Shown piece by piece: positions 26,571 through 40,170 of a DNA stretch of 64,000 nucleotides (positions are counted from its first letter, which is position 1; each line of letters begins with the position of its first letter). The notes under the pieces are model-generated. The model saw nothing but the letters and a program-made list of their open reading frames with translations, had not been told where the DNA came from and did no database searches. The DNA comes from Cycas panzhihuaensis. Its lineage: Eukaryota > Plantae > Cycadophyta. The stretch lies in contig CM041465.1 of NCBI GenBank assembly GCA_023213395.1, positions 74,531,741-74,595,740 on the forward strand, in the 5' to 3' direction. The translations under genes and the position numbers were made by a program.

Positions 26571-29162
26571 TTTAGCCCTTAAAACTGTAATTTATGCTCT
26601 TAAATGAGCTTAAACTACCTTCGATCATGCACACTCTCATTGGTAGTATGTCATCATGATGTGCCTATTATTCCACTCCATCCTTTGCTATCGATAGGAT
26701 TTCATCCCATGAGGGCACACCAACTCTAAAATGAGCCTAAAATACTTTTGTTTATGATATACATCACCCTCATTAGGGGCATGACATCCCATTGTGCTTA
26801 TTATTGACCTCATCCTTTACCACTAATAGAGATTTTCCCTCACTAGGTGCACACTTACTCTAAAATGAACTTAAATTATCTTTATTTAAGGTGTGTTTTG
26901 CCTTCGCTAGGGGCATCTCACCATGTTAGGCATATTACCTTATTATAAATCATTAGCCATTAACAATATTTTACCCCATAAGGGTATTACACTTTGTCAT
27001 GATATAAACTATCACCTATAAATATTATCCAAAAACCAAAAAAAATCATAAAATCCATAAAATTTTCACCAAAAAAAAAAAGTTTGTTCTCTTACGATCT
27101 CACGCCCACAAGGACTGACCCTGCTTTGTAAGCATGATGGAACTCTTAGCTCTAAGATAAGTCCCTTTTCCCCCATGGGCATTCCCCATGGTGGGCATGA
27201 GACTCCCCCACAAGCATAAGTTGGTATATATAGGTCGCATTATGTTGAACCTTGCACATTGCGATCTCACACTCATGACATCCCACAATGCATCAAATGT
27301 CGCTTGACCTCTGCTTTCTTTTTAACATTCTATGCTCTTTTTACCTCTTGAGATGGATTCATCATATGTATACTAGTGCCTATAGCTCATTCCCTTACTG
27401 TTATGACCTTCACTTGGCCATGTTGTCAACCCCTAGGCCTTCCATTACCACTAGATTCCCTTTGATTGAGCTTTAGACAACCCTAGTGACCCTACGTTAA
27501 CATCCTTTATATGACACTTTACATATATATTGCTTATTCCTTCAGCTTACAACCTTAACTTGTGACTTTGCTTATATGCACCTATTGTTCCTGCAAATTC
27601 ATTACTTTGTTGTAAGCCTATAGTGCATTTTGTTCAGCCCTTGTCATAATAGGCAGTCTTTATTTCTCATGGTTACTGACCTAAGGACTCTATTCCATGC
27701 ATGTCCTATGATATGGCATTTAGACTGCTTGCATAACTTGCTTTCAGTACTCTATGGTATGACCCTCTTCACTATCCTCTCATAGCTTGGTTATGCCATC
27801 TATTCAAGCATTATTGGTATAATGGGTTTTCTTGACATCCTTATGGATTGACTCATCACCATACTTACTTCATATTATTGGGGCTTTGCGTATATATATG
27901 ATTCTCTCTTTTAAAAAAAGAAATATATATATATATATATATATGATGTATTAGGGGAGAATATTTATCACCACCCACTTAGTATATGGGGTAGGTTGTG
28001 TGTCAATCTCATCCCCACCTATGATATGTAGTTTGGATCCAATCATGTGGGCCATCTTAGAACCTTTGGATCTAATTATTTGGACCCACTGCGGTCTCAA
28101 TTATGATTGAAACCTATTTGGCATGTCCATAGCCTACTATGGATCTTAGAAGTGGTCATGACACTTACATATAATTACTCTTGAGGACTAAGTATTACTC
28201 ATCATCTCAATTAGAGTTTACATAGCTACCTGAGTCCTTGTGGCATTGGTTGATTCCTACTATATTCCCTTATTTAGTGAGTTCACTTTAAGCCACCTTT
28301 TCATATCCCTATGGCATTGATCATCCACACCAATAGGGGTAGTCATGGGAATCTTGGCCCTTCTGCTATAGCTTAGACCATTTGAAATCACTTAGGACAC
28401 ATTCTTATATGCTCTAGAGTCTACTTACCTATAACTACCAATAACATAGCCATGTGCACTACCATCATAAAGGCCTTGACCAATGCTTTGCATGTCTACT
28501 ATGGCTCTGTCATGTTGTATTCTAACTCCTAGCTCATCGTGTCCTAGCCTATATAGTTTTATCATTTTCATTGCCTATAATTGAGAGCACTTGCTAGTCA
28601 TGTTATGTCCCTTTTAAACCAATTCTCCTCCATCTCTATTCATAATATCCTACAAGTACTAAATACTAAGACCAATAAATTGGATGTCTTCATCCTTGAG
28701 CATTGTTTTCCATAGGTGAATAATTCTCTTTTGGCCTAATGGGCCCACCATTGAGATACACACTTAGGGGGCAATCCCTTCTATTCCCACTTTTGAGGGG
28801 GGCTCACTAAAGAGAGTAAACTATAGTGATAACCCTGGGCATTTATAACCCACCTTGGAAGCTTGGCTAAGCTGTCAGCTTATCATATGCTCTAATGAGA
28901 GCCTAAACTACCACCCTTACTCCAAAATAAGGGTAAGCTACTATGAATATTTATACATACATGTGAATGCTCAATTAGGTTATGGACTTTCTAAGGTGTA
29001 ATGGTCCTTATTACCCACAACCTCACCCTTGTTCCTATTTTTGTGTCATTTCCCAATCTATTTAGTTCCTTTTCATGCAAACTACTTAAAAAGCACAAGA
29101 ATAATGTAAAACCATTAAAAATACTAAAAATTATAAAACCATAAAATTACATATATACGTAG

Positions 29163-29219
29163 ATACATACATACATACATACATACATACATACATACAT
29201 ACATACATACATACATACA

Positions 29220-29267
<48 letters not shown>

Positions 29268-29290
29268 GATATAGATATAGATAGATAGAT
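29163..29290. repeat. Compound microsatellite (ATAC)21-(AT)n-(AGATAT/AGAT)n
   Basis: Directly visible. Confidence 0.97.
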
Positions 29291-29919
29291 GTAACACTAT
29301 AAGTATAAATCCCAAAAATAATATAAATCAACAAAATGCAAAAAAATTATATAACATTAAAAACCTAAAACTATGACTCCAAGATGAGACCAAATGACTT
29401 CTCTTTTCAAAGATTATCATTAATAAGATTAAACTATAGCAACCCACCTTGACCATTGAGTCTTTCTCTTGGATATATGAGGCACTACTTCGTATATCTA
29501 AAGTTTATGGCTTTCAAGCCTAACTTTGGGTCATGATGCCCATCTCATCTTGTTGTTGGGATAATCCCCTAACAACTTGATATCTTACTATGAAAGATAG
29601 CCACTAATGAGGATAAACTATAGTGGCACTATTCATACTTATTTAGGTTTCCTATGGTTATTAGCCTATTTAGTTTAATCTAGTTATTAATCTATTATCC
29701 CTTCTTGGCTAGTACACCTTTGACATAGTTTGCCAATGAGGCTAAACTAAGGGAAACACCATCTAATCATTTGCTAATAAGGCAAAACTATGGAAAACCT
29801 AGCCTCTCATTCTATATATATATATATATGAGTTTATTATTAGATTGATATAATTTTTATTGGCAACATTCACCATCTTCTAGCCACAAGTTGAAGAGGC
29901 TTTACTGCTAAGAGGATAG

Positions 29920-32304
29920 TATTTCCCACAAGCGGGGAATCACATGTACACTACAGTAAAGAAGTAAGTAAAGGTATGCTTCTATCTCTTTACATTCTAT
30001 TGATTTTTAATATCATAATCATAGATGGTAAATGCATATTCTTGCTTACTTATTTGATTTGCTTGGTGTGCTATATATACACTTTTAGCCAATGGTGAGT
30101 ATGACTCTAGTTATTGGTCGTTGGTCCACCCATCAAGCTCCTTAGGTTGGAACAGATGATTTACTATCCTTGCAAAGTCCTTTTAGTCTCTTTTTGATCT
30201 ATTTTTGCACTTTACTTCATTATTTGTCACTTTATGTTGACTTTATTTCTACCCAAACTTCACCATTGATGAGTTTCTAACCTAATTTTATACATCTTTC
30301 ACTCTATATCCCTAGTTTCTATCAAATTACATTATTTTTTACTTACAACAATGGTATTGCAAATGTGACCTATCCATATTTAGTCCCAAGGTGGAAATCA
30401 TCTCATTAATGGATTATTATCAGTCTTGGAGTGATGTACATCAGCTCTAGATCCTTGCATGTCAATTTTTAGTAGCCTAAGAGGCTATGTCACATCAAGA
30501 ACTCACTTTTCCATATTGTTTCAGTCTGAATCCATGAGCATGTCTCATGGATTTATCCCCTTGTTGTCTCCCATATTGTGGGTTGAAAACCACCCTTCTC
30601 AAGCTTATCCTTAGCTATAAAGCCTCCCAATTTTCCATTGGAAGGGGAGGTCAAGTTGTTATGTGAAGGTACTTCTATCATGCTATTGAATTTCCAAGAG
30701 GAATAGGTTGCCACTTAATTTACCTTGCTCTCTATTACTTGCTTGCTTAGAGATTCACCTTTCAACATCATTTGAATTCTCTCAAGTGGAACAATTCTAG
30801 CCATTGGCATCTTATAGCTTATTGAGATGAGGTAATCCTCCCACAATCATGTTGGTAAATCCATTTCTTTTATTTTTCATATTTTTTTCACTTTCTCACT
30901 TGATAGGTTGAGTATAGCTTAGTCTTATATTACTTCTTACATATTTGCTTTTGGCCCTTCACTACTTTTTAACCTATAGGATTAGGAGGACTTAAAGGGT
31001 GAAGATAGCATCCAAGTAGAACTTGAGGATGTTAATGATATTTAGGGGATATGAAGCCATTTCTAGGGCTCCATTCTCCTCCCACTCACCAGGTTTACTT
31101 GCATACTTTATTTGGCTATTTCTTATCATTTCTCAGTGGAACATCACAATAGTATAGTTTTATTTGAATATTGCTAGCTATTGTCCTTATAGGTATAGCT
31201 CTCATCTTTATTACATGTGATTAAAGGTTAAAGAAGCTACCTTTTTTGACCCATACATTCTTTTTTCTTTATCACACCATCTCATTAAGGTGAAGATACT
31301 AAATCACAACTAAAAGAAGTACCACTTACTTACTTTCATTGTGTTTATTTTCATATTTTTAAAATTATCATAATTTTTTTTTATTATAAGACAATCTAGC
31401 AAGCAAAAATGCTATAAGATTTTTCCTAAAAATTGCATACATCAAAATCTTAATTGTTTGAGTACACTTCAGCACCCCATTTACATATCAACAGAGGGAC
31501 AAAGCTTAAAAAGTCACACTACATCAAGTCTAGGCACCTCTTCTTCCTTCATCTCTTCCTTTTAGTAAAAAGAATATAATCTAAAATGAAAAGAGGAGGA
31601 GGAAACACACTAGATTTCAAATTACCTTACTTGCCTTTTTCCTTTTTAAAAGAAAACAAAAAAAAAAGAAAAGAGTAAAGGTTAGTTTTTCTTTGTTTCA
31701 ATTTCTTCTCTCCTTCTCTTTCACTTCAAAAACAAAAGAAAAAGAAAAAAATAATATCTCTTTCTTTTATTCTTCTTGTTGGCCCTTCTCTCAAAAAGAT
31801 AAAAGACAAAAAAAAAAAAAAGGAAAAAACCCAAAACCCCAAAAAAAGAAGTAGTTTTCATTTCCTCTTATTTCATGTTGCATTGCATATCATAGTAGGT
31901 TTTGGGCATCATATTTGAAAGCCCAAGTGAAAGAGAGGATCACATAGTTATGAGTCCTCAAACTCATGGGGCTACATTGTGGTCATTATCTAGAGTGATT
32001 TACTACTTGCATGAAATAGAAAAGCATATAGATGCATTAGATATATGTGGCCATCATAGCTTGCCATAGGTTTGTTGCCACCACTAGTTCCATATTACAT
32101 GCACACACTCACATGTGTTGCCCAAGTTAGGCCATCCTCTAGCCACAAAAAGGCATAATTAAGCCTCACACTTATGCCCAAGCAATGCATGAGCACCCCA
32201 AATGAGGTGTTGGTTCACACTATATCCCTCACAAGCACCTTCTCACATGTTAGGTTTCACATTGCTAGGTTTGTTGTGCATCTTCCCCCATTCCTGAGTG
32301 TTCA
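29920..32304 (+). repeat. 3' LTR of Ogre/Tat-like element (2385 bp)
   Basis: Matches 13896-16301; ends GAGTGTTCA; preceded by decayed purine tract AAGAGGATAG. Confidence 0.88.
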
Positions 32305-32399
32305 TTAATCTCCTTTTTAATAGTAGGTTACAAAGTATACTCATACTTAACCACTCTATTAATAATAGATTATAAAAGATTAACATTATATTCTAACAC

Positions 32400-34560
32400 C
32401 TTCTAGACATCCCACTATTCTGACTATCATTTACATTCCTTTATTAACTTCTAAGCATTATAATAATTTCCTAAAAGTTTAATTCTACTATTGCAACCAT
32501 TTTATTTACACCTATAATTGTTCCTTGCATAATTTTTCATCATTTTCTTAGCTTTTCTATCTATTGGAGTCACCCCTTGATTGTTTAAAATGCCTAGATG
32601 TCAGATTTATTGTATAGATTTCTCTAAGGGTTTAAAATTATTAAGAAATCTTACTTAAATCCAAAAAATGTATCCAACACATTTAAACTTTTGTTTTCCT
32701 TGTGGGTTACTTTCCCCCTCTCTATCTCTTGAGTTGCCCCTATAGATCAATCATTAGTCCCTACTTAGCTTCTAATTCCTCTTATAACTTCTATATAGAT
32801 GCATCTTATCTTATGACTTGCCATGCCTTCTCCTCATTTAGATCTTCCTTTTCCATTGCTCTACTAACTACTTTATCTTTTATTCTTTTTATTTTTTGCT
32901 ATAAGTTTTTAGTTTTCATAAAGTAATGCATCTAAATCCTATCTAACATATTGTGCATTTACTAAAATTCCTCTCCCATTACTTCTTTTCTTAGAGCATT
33001 CCCTTCCTAAGGTCCATGAGGATAGGTACATATTGTGTGGAGGGTGTGAATATTGGTTTCTATTCTAGTTCTAGTTATGGGGATTCTTCTTCCTCCTAGA
33101 ATCTTGACCTCTTCACTCACTTTTTAGCTTTTTACATGGGTTGACAATGAGGTGGTTCCACTACATCCTTGTAGAACCATATTATACACCCTTTAAGATC
33201 ATATAAATTGATATCATGTAAAAATTCCAAGGACCACTACTATTTATATCATATTTTTTCTAATTTCCTATTATGGCATCTTTATTATGGGGCACTAGAG
33301 TAATAAGACATCCAATAATTAGGATGAATGTCTAAAGTGTTAGGTAATGTGACAACAATGGTTGGAAGCTAAACTTTTGATATGTTGGTAGTGCGATTTC
33401 CTCCCCAAACCTTCCTTGGGGGGTTCTAAAGGGAGCGGGAGCCCCCCTTGGCCAGGGGGGTGTGGGGGGAGTGGAACACTCCTCGCAAAGAGAGGGTTCA
33501 GGGGTGATAGCCCCCAACCCAAAAATTTAGCACTGGAAAGTATATTAAATTGTAAAGAGAATCAGGGTCGTTCACTCAAAATACCCTAGATTCTATGGTC
33601 GAGATATGTGCCTTGGATGATCCTCTCATATAGCCTAATTTAGGGCACTTTTCATTATGTTAATAGTGTTCAATGTACTGTGAGGACTTGGGCAGCTAGT
33701 TGTTGTTATTGTGAACACTCTGCTATAGGATTATATATATTTTCTCCATTCTTTAAGAATAAAGATCGATACATTTCCTGTGTGGATGTTTCCTAGCATA
33801 CTGCTAGGGTTTTACCATGTTATATTGGGTGTATATGTGATGCATGGAATTCTTGTTCATTTTATTATTTTATCTCTAGTTTTAAGAACTTGCATGTTAA
33901 ATTTTTATTTTGATTCCTATAACTAGTTGCAAGAATAATTTAGATCTTGGTGGTAGTTTAAGGGTTGGGACCTTATCTTCTCAATATAAAGACTAGCTTC
34001 TCTTCAAAGTTCATACAATTGTTTCCTTATCATATGTGCTAGAAACTCACTCTAGTTGAGTGAGATATCTTGTTACACATCTTATAACAATGTAAGCATA
34101 CCAATGGGATAATATATAATTTATTTTTTCCCATAAAATTCTTGTTCCCAACATTTTTCCTATTCACTACAAGTCCTCGTCTCTTAAATTTTCAATTTTT
34201 ATACCCCTCAAATATAATTATGCCCTTAGCTTAAACAATACTAGGTTGACAAGTTCTCAATTACTTCACTTCTCTTATTTCCCAAAGTTATTTCTCTATT
34301 TTTGGGCAACTTTTTAAATTCCATATGAGAATACTATAAGTTTCAACCTTATCTAAATTTTGGGCTACTAGTCCTATAATGATCTCCATGGTCTCCTTAT
34401 GCTAAAGTATCTATAAAATTAGGACATATGTCTTCCAACCTATCATAATACTTCCTTATTTTAATTCATCTAACCTTCATCTATAATCCTCTATCAATTA
34501 GGATACATACAACTCCTTAATATCAACTAGCATCTTATCTTGATTTTTAATGCCACCAAA
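32400..34560 (-). pseudogene. Highly decayed reading frame, possibly a retroelement accessory ORF, interrupted by a solo LTR
   Basis: Across the solo-LTR site the minus strand reads ...N*SEFLAHMIRKQLYEL / KLVFRHSS*LL... (with a frameshift); no core RT/INT motif. Confidence 0.3.
33338..33986 (+). mobile_element. Solo LTR of the Tork-like copia family (649 bp)
   Basis: Perfect TSD TAAAG (33333-33337 / 33987-33991); TGTTAG...CAATA termini; colinear with 20269-20865. Confidence 0.92.
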
Positions 34561-35229
34561 ACACTTAAAATGGAAGGACAAACACTTAGAGTATTTTTAA
34601 CAAATGGAATACTTGAGTTCTTACCTAAGAACACTTGGAAAATGGATTGAATTTTGATTGCTTGTTGAAATATTTTAGTTTGTAAAAAAATATTGTTAGA
34701 CACTTACCATAGACTATATACCACTAAGTCATTCACCAAAACAAAACACTTTTGAACCATTTAAATGGTTCACTTCTACTATAACATTAATTGTTATACT
34801 TAGAATATTATAACTTTGTAGAAAAATATTTAAACCCTAGTTCTTATAGCATGTTGTACTATGTCTTGAAAAACAATAACCCTTTTTCCCACTTTTATAC
34901 CTCATTTTCCATTTTCAACATTAAACCATTCAACAAGTCATACCCTATAAGCATGGTTCAAGAACAGTTCCATAATTTTCTTAATTTTTAGAATGATTCC
35001 TTTAAACCTCTCTATGTACTATTTAGGAAGATGAATGGTGATTTTTCTACATACCATTCTAGAACAACTAACATTGTTGCTCTTCAAATTAATTCCTTGA
35101 ATTCTTTCAAAATGATGGCCTAAAATCAATAAAACAATGGCTCAAAATTACTAGAACACTAGAATATTAACTTGAATTATCTCTCACTAGCATTTTAGCT
35201 TGAATGCATCATCATTTCCTAGTTACCAT

Positions 35230-35591
35230 TGTTAGAAATTTAAATTATGTGTTCAACATTCATAATGGAAAAAATATGAGTATAAATAAGATAAATATCA
35301 AGTATAATAAAGATGAAATATATACATAATTAAGGACACAATATTTAGTGGAATAATGAACATCCTTCAAATTTTTATATTAGATATGAGTATAGATTTA
35401 TAGTATAATTTCATATTTTGTCTAACCTATCAAATATCAGAACTTACAAGCCATCCAATAGGTTTTTATATGAATAGGTAAGTATATATGCACAAATATT
35501 ATTGATGCTTACAATACAATATTCACTAATACTCAAAGAGAGATGGGGACTAGTAATAGCCAATTATATAAATTGAACATTAACTCCAACA
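35230..35591 (-). repeat. Orphan 3' LTR (362 bp)
   Basis: On minus: PPT GGGGAAG, then TGTTGGAG...CTAACA; no partner LTR or TSD seen in the window. Confidence 0.6.
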
Positions 35592-35619
35592 CTTCCCCAT
35601 AATATTTCATTCATGAAAC

Positions 35620-35984
35620 TTTTGGCTTCAAGGTGGTGAGCAGGAGGATTACAAGTGAGTATATATCATTTTTAAAGTATAAATAATCTCTAAAATGTAA
35701 ATGGCAGTGTTAAAAAATACTAGGGAGATATTCCCCACTTATATATAGATAAATTTAAAGAGGCGACAAGCACCTCAACCTAACCAATGTTTAAAATATT
35801 AAAAATATTAAAATAATATAAAATTAATTGAATATCTTGCCTAAGGTGGCTTTGATGACTCTTTGTCGATTATAGGCAGCTATTTAATGATGCTAGGTGG
35901 CCAAGGTGACCTAGGGAGACTCAAGGTGGCATTGAGGGGCCCAAAGTACTCATATGCACTTGCTAATTGGGCATTATCCTAATA
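35620..35984 (-). repeat. 3' LTR of element C (365 bp)
   Basis: Colinear with 42944-43309. Confidence 0.9.
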
Positions 35985-36004
35985 TTCTCCTATATAATGG
36001 TCAA

Positions 36005-39000
36005 TATATAAAACCCCCAACTTGTCTCTGAATTTTTGAAATTTCATTTTACCCAATGCTTTCGTGAAGATGTCTATTACTTGATCTTCGGTGCTATAAT
36101 ATACCAATTCAATTTCTCTTGCTTATACTAGCTCTCAAATAAAATGATATTGTGTCTTAATATATTTCATTCTATCATGAAATACTAGGTTCTTTGTCAT
36201 CAATATTATACTCTGATTATCACAACAAATTCTTATAGGCCATTTTATTCTAACTGAAAGCTTTGTAATAATCTTCTCAACCATACTATTTCATATGCAC
36301 TAGTGACTACTACTTTAGATCTACTTCAATTGTAGATGGAGAGACTATATTTTGATTCTTAGTGCTCTAAGTTATAGTTATCGAACCCATACTGAAAATA
36401 TAACCTGAAGTTAATTTTCTATTGTTAATGTCACACCCTAATCAATCAGATAACTTTGTCAACCAGAAATTTGATGAAGCTTTATAGTATAAATTATATT
36501 TTGAAGTGCCTTTAAGATAATGTAGAATTCTTTTAGCTACTTTCCAATGAGTAGTCTTTGGGTCTTTCATAAATCTAGATATAACACTGACTGAATGCAT
36601 TATGTCTAGTTGAGTGGATGTTAAGTAGATCAAATTTCTAATTTACTATCTATACAGTGCAGGATTAATAAGTGTAAATCCATCTGATTTGAAAAGCTTA
36701 ATTCTTATTTCTGTTAGAGTTGTTAATAATTTGTAGTCAGTCATCCTAAACTTTTGTAGTAGATTTAAGGTATATTTCCTTTGGGAGATGAAGATTCTAT
36801 TCTTATCTTGCCATACCTCTAAACCTAGGAAGTAATGCATTAATCCTAAATCTATCATTCCAAATTCCTTATGCATGGCTTCCTTAAAGTATCACAAAAG
36901 ATGGGAGTCATTCTAGTGTAGACAAGGTCATCTACATAGAGTCCTATAATTAAGATAGCATCTCCCTTGATTTTGATGTAGAGATTTAGGTCTAATTAAG
37001 ACCACTTAAATCCTTGATCTCTAAAATATTTGTTAATTTGGGAATACCATGCCTTAGGTGCTTATTTCAAACCATAAAGTGCCTTTTTGAGTTTGTACAC
37101 TTTATTTTCTTCCTCCTTGACTTCAAAACTAAGGGGTTGAGAGACATAGATATCCTCTTCAATGTAGCCATTGAGGAAAGTACTTTTTATGTCTATTTGA
37201 TAAACTTTCTATCCCATTTGAATTGCCAAACTCATCATCATACAAACAATTTCCATTCGAGTAATCAGGGCAAATGTCTCATTGTAATCAATGCCTTCTT
37301 TTTGGGCATAACCTTTGGTGACCAATCTAGCTTTGTATTTATCAATTGATCTATCAGATCAAAACTTGGTTTTATAGATCCACTTAGTACCAATTACTCT
37401 TTTATTGGGAGGTAAGTTAACCAATTCCTAAGTATCATTTTTAATAATGGAGTGATATTCATCTTCCATTACCTTTCTCCAAGAAGTATGTGTATTAGTC
37501 TCATCAAAGGTTTGAGGCTTATGGGACTCCAAAACTTTGCTCATGAGGGTAAAGTTTACCCTATGTAAGTGAGTGGATCTTTGATTATTATCCAAAATGT
37601 TGCCTATATTATGATTCCTTTAAACCCATTTCGATAGACTTTATGGTGGAGGTTGTGAAGAGTTTCCCTCCCTACTTGGTTCAATTATGACTCATCTAAA
37701 ATAAAACATAGGAGGCACATATTTTAACTTAGTGGACTTGTCAAAATTGATTATTACTTCTTTATTCTTTTCTTAATTATTGTGATAACAAACTTCTTCT
37801 TAAAAACTTTATATCTCCACTCACCATGACCCTTTTTAACTTAGGATCATAGACTTTATATGATTTTGAAGTTTTACTATAGCCAAGAAATATACACTTA
37901 ATAATATGGTCATCTAATTTAGATCTTCTTTGGTTAGGAATATGTGTATAGGCTAGGAACCCAAAAACTCGTAAATGATGTATGTTTAGCTTGTAGCCAA
38001 TCTAACTTCTTTAAGTGTCTTCCACCTTAAGACTTTGGTAGAGCACCTCTTGAGGAGGTAAATGAATGTATGGACTACTTTTTCCTAAAACTCATGGCCC
38101 AAGTTTTTATCCTTCAACATGCACCTTGCCATTTCTATAATAGTGCAATTTTTCCTTTTAGCTACACCATTTTATTATGGGGTGTAGGGATTGATGAGTT
38201 ACCTTTTGATCCCATGATGCACATAGTATACCTTAAATTTATTGAAGATGAATTCTCTCCCATTATTAGATCTTAGAGAGAGAAGTTTGTGCCTACTTTG
38301 TTACACTAGTTTGTACCCACATCTTCCTAGTGTAGTTATCAATGAATGTAATGAAATAGTGTACACCTATTAATGAGGGGACATCCATAGGGCCATAGAT
38401 ATATGTATAGACTAGCTGAGGTAAACTAGTTGCCCAATAGCTAAAATCTGGAAAGCTTTTCCTATGTTGTTTACTAAGTAAGCATCCCTCACATATGGTT
38501 TTATCCACTTCAATGTTAGGCAACCCATTAACCATATCCATTATTTTTATTAGGTCCAAACTACCATAGTTGAGGTGTCCAAATCTCCTATGCCATAAGT
38601 CACTATCCAATTTAACTGTAGTTCTTAAGGTATAGGTCTTCGATGGAGTAAGGACAAGTTTGAAAAGCATATCTTTTATCATTTTTCCTTCTGTAATAAT
38701 TGCCTTATTTCTCCTCTTATCTTTAATTATACATTCTTTATTGCCAAAGATGACCTTATAATCCTAACCTATCATCTACCCTACTAATAGTAGATTTTTC
38801 TTTAAGGTAGGAACATATAATACATCATCAAGGTATCTATACTCTCTTACATCTATCATGAGAGTTATGTTACCTCTACCAACTAATTCATGAGATGTAT
38901 CATCTCTAAATATTATTGAACCTCTTTTACTTTTATCCAAGGTATAGATTAAATGCTCCTTATGAATCATGTATGTAGAACAAACCAAATCAATGTACCC

Positions 39001-40170
39001 ATTATCATCTTCTTCTTCTTTGGCATTAAAATTAGATAGGAAAAGTCTATTATTATCCCTTGTCTAAATTGTGGTATTTACACTACCTTTGGTGGGTGCT
39101 CCATGTTTTGAAAAATATTTGTCTTCCGTGTGACCACTACAATGATAATAGAAGCAGTATAGGGTCTCTCTTCTCCCATAGCTTAAACTTTGACTTTGTG
39201 GATGAGTTCTTTCAATGTGGGATGGTCTTCTCTTTTTTAGATAATGGGGAACTAGATTTTCTCTTCATCTATTATCATAATAATCATAATTTAACCTTGT
39301 ATCTTGAACATGTCCTTAGTAATTGGGGCAACATGAATGTGCCTTAGGTTTTTTCTCATGATTTTAATACCTAGGAGGATTGATATTTTGTTGGTTTACT
39401 CCTTGTCTCCTTTCATCAAGAGCTTGATATTTAAGTGGATCTTGACATAAAACCCTTCTAGGATTTCTATCCCTTCTCTTGGGAGGTGATTCTCTAGATT
39501 TTGATGTACCTACTTGAGAATGAGATTGAATTTTAAAATTTGTAGCAAAGGCATGATCAAGGGATTTGTTTACATTTTGTTGTTCTTTGACTGATATCAA
39601 TATTGCAATTAGTTATTCCACCTTAAGAGTGCTTAGATCTTTAGAAACCCCTATTCTTGTCACTACCTTTTCAAACCTTCTTATGGCACCTACACATCTC
39701 AATATTCTTTCCACTACTATTTGCTCTGTCAATGTATCTCTAAGTAATCTCATCTAGTTTACTATGTCTTAGACCTTAATCATAAATTCTGTCATAGATT
39801 CTGTTGGTATCATTCATAAGTTTTCAAATTTGCTTCTTAGGTTTTTAAGCTTAAATGATGTAGCTCCTTTATAAATTAACTATAGAGCATCCCATACTTT
39901 TTTTGACTTTGTTGACTCACTAACCCATGGGAAAATATGATCTTCTAATGTACAAAAGATAAGGGTAGGAGCTTCATTGTCCTTTTTAACATTTTCTTTA
40001 TAAGTTATATTTTCAATGTCAGTGGCATTCTGACCTAATTCATTATAACCTATTCTCACAATCTCCCACATGTCATTAGAAATAAGGATGGGTCTCATCC
40101 TCCTACTCCAATTTAGAAAATTATTACTGCCAAACTTGGGGATTATCATATTTCCAAAGTTTGATGCCAT
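36005..40170 (-). pseudogene. gag-pol: copia gag-pol of element C (disrupted)
   Basis: MASNFGNMIIPKFGSNNFLNWSRRMRPIL; LWHRRFGHLN; EFGMIDLGLMHYFLGLEV; HWKVAKRILHYLKGT; IDIFTKAL. Confidence 0.92.

Larger units (their letters stand above)
13896..32304 (+). mobile_element. Large Ty3/gypsy Ogre/Tat-like LTR element, apparently non-autonomous (gag + protease only)
   Basis: About 2.4-kb LTRs 13896-16301 and 29920-32304; TSD CTAAT/TTAAT; Arg-type PBS; retrotransposon gag and Ogre-like protease; no RT/RH/INT of its own recognised. Confidence 0.85.

Noticed and set aside
25895-26960. CRISPR-like repeat array
   Set aside because: Repeats are degenerate with no constant repeat / unique spacer structure; no cas genes; eukaryotic TE context
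28130-28330. Possible plant-mobile-domain remnant in the Ogre/Tat 3' region
   Set aside because: Only a faint PLFSEFTLS resemblance that needs frameshifts; not supportable by eye
29124-29334. ORFs with (CMYV)n repeats
   Set aside because: Translation of the (ATAC)n microsatellite
20269-33986. LTRs 20269-20865 and 33338-33986 as the two ends of one element
   Set aside because: The second has its own perfect TSD and lies outside the Ogre/Tat host, so the insertions are independent
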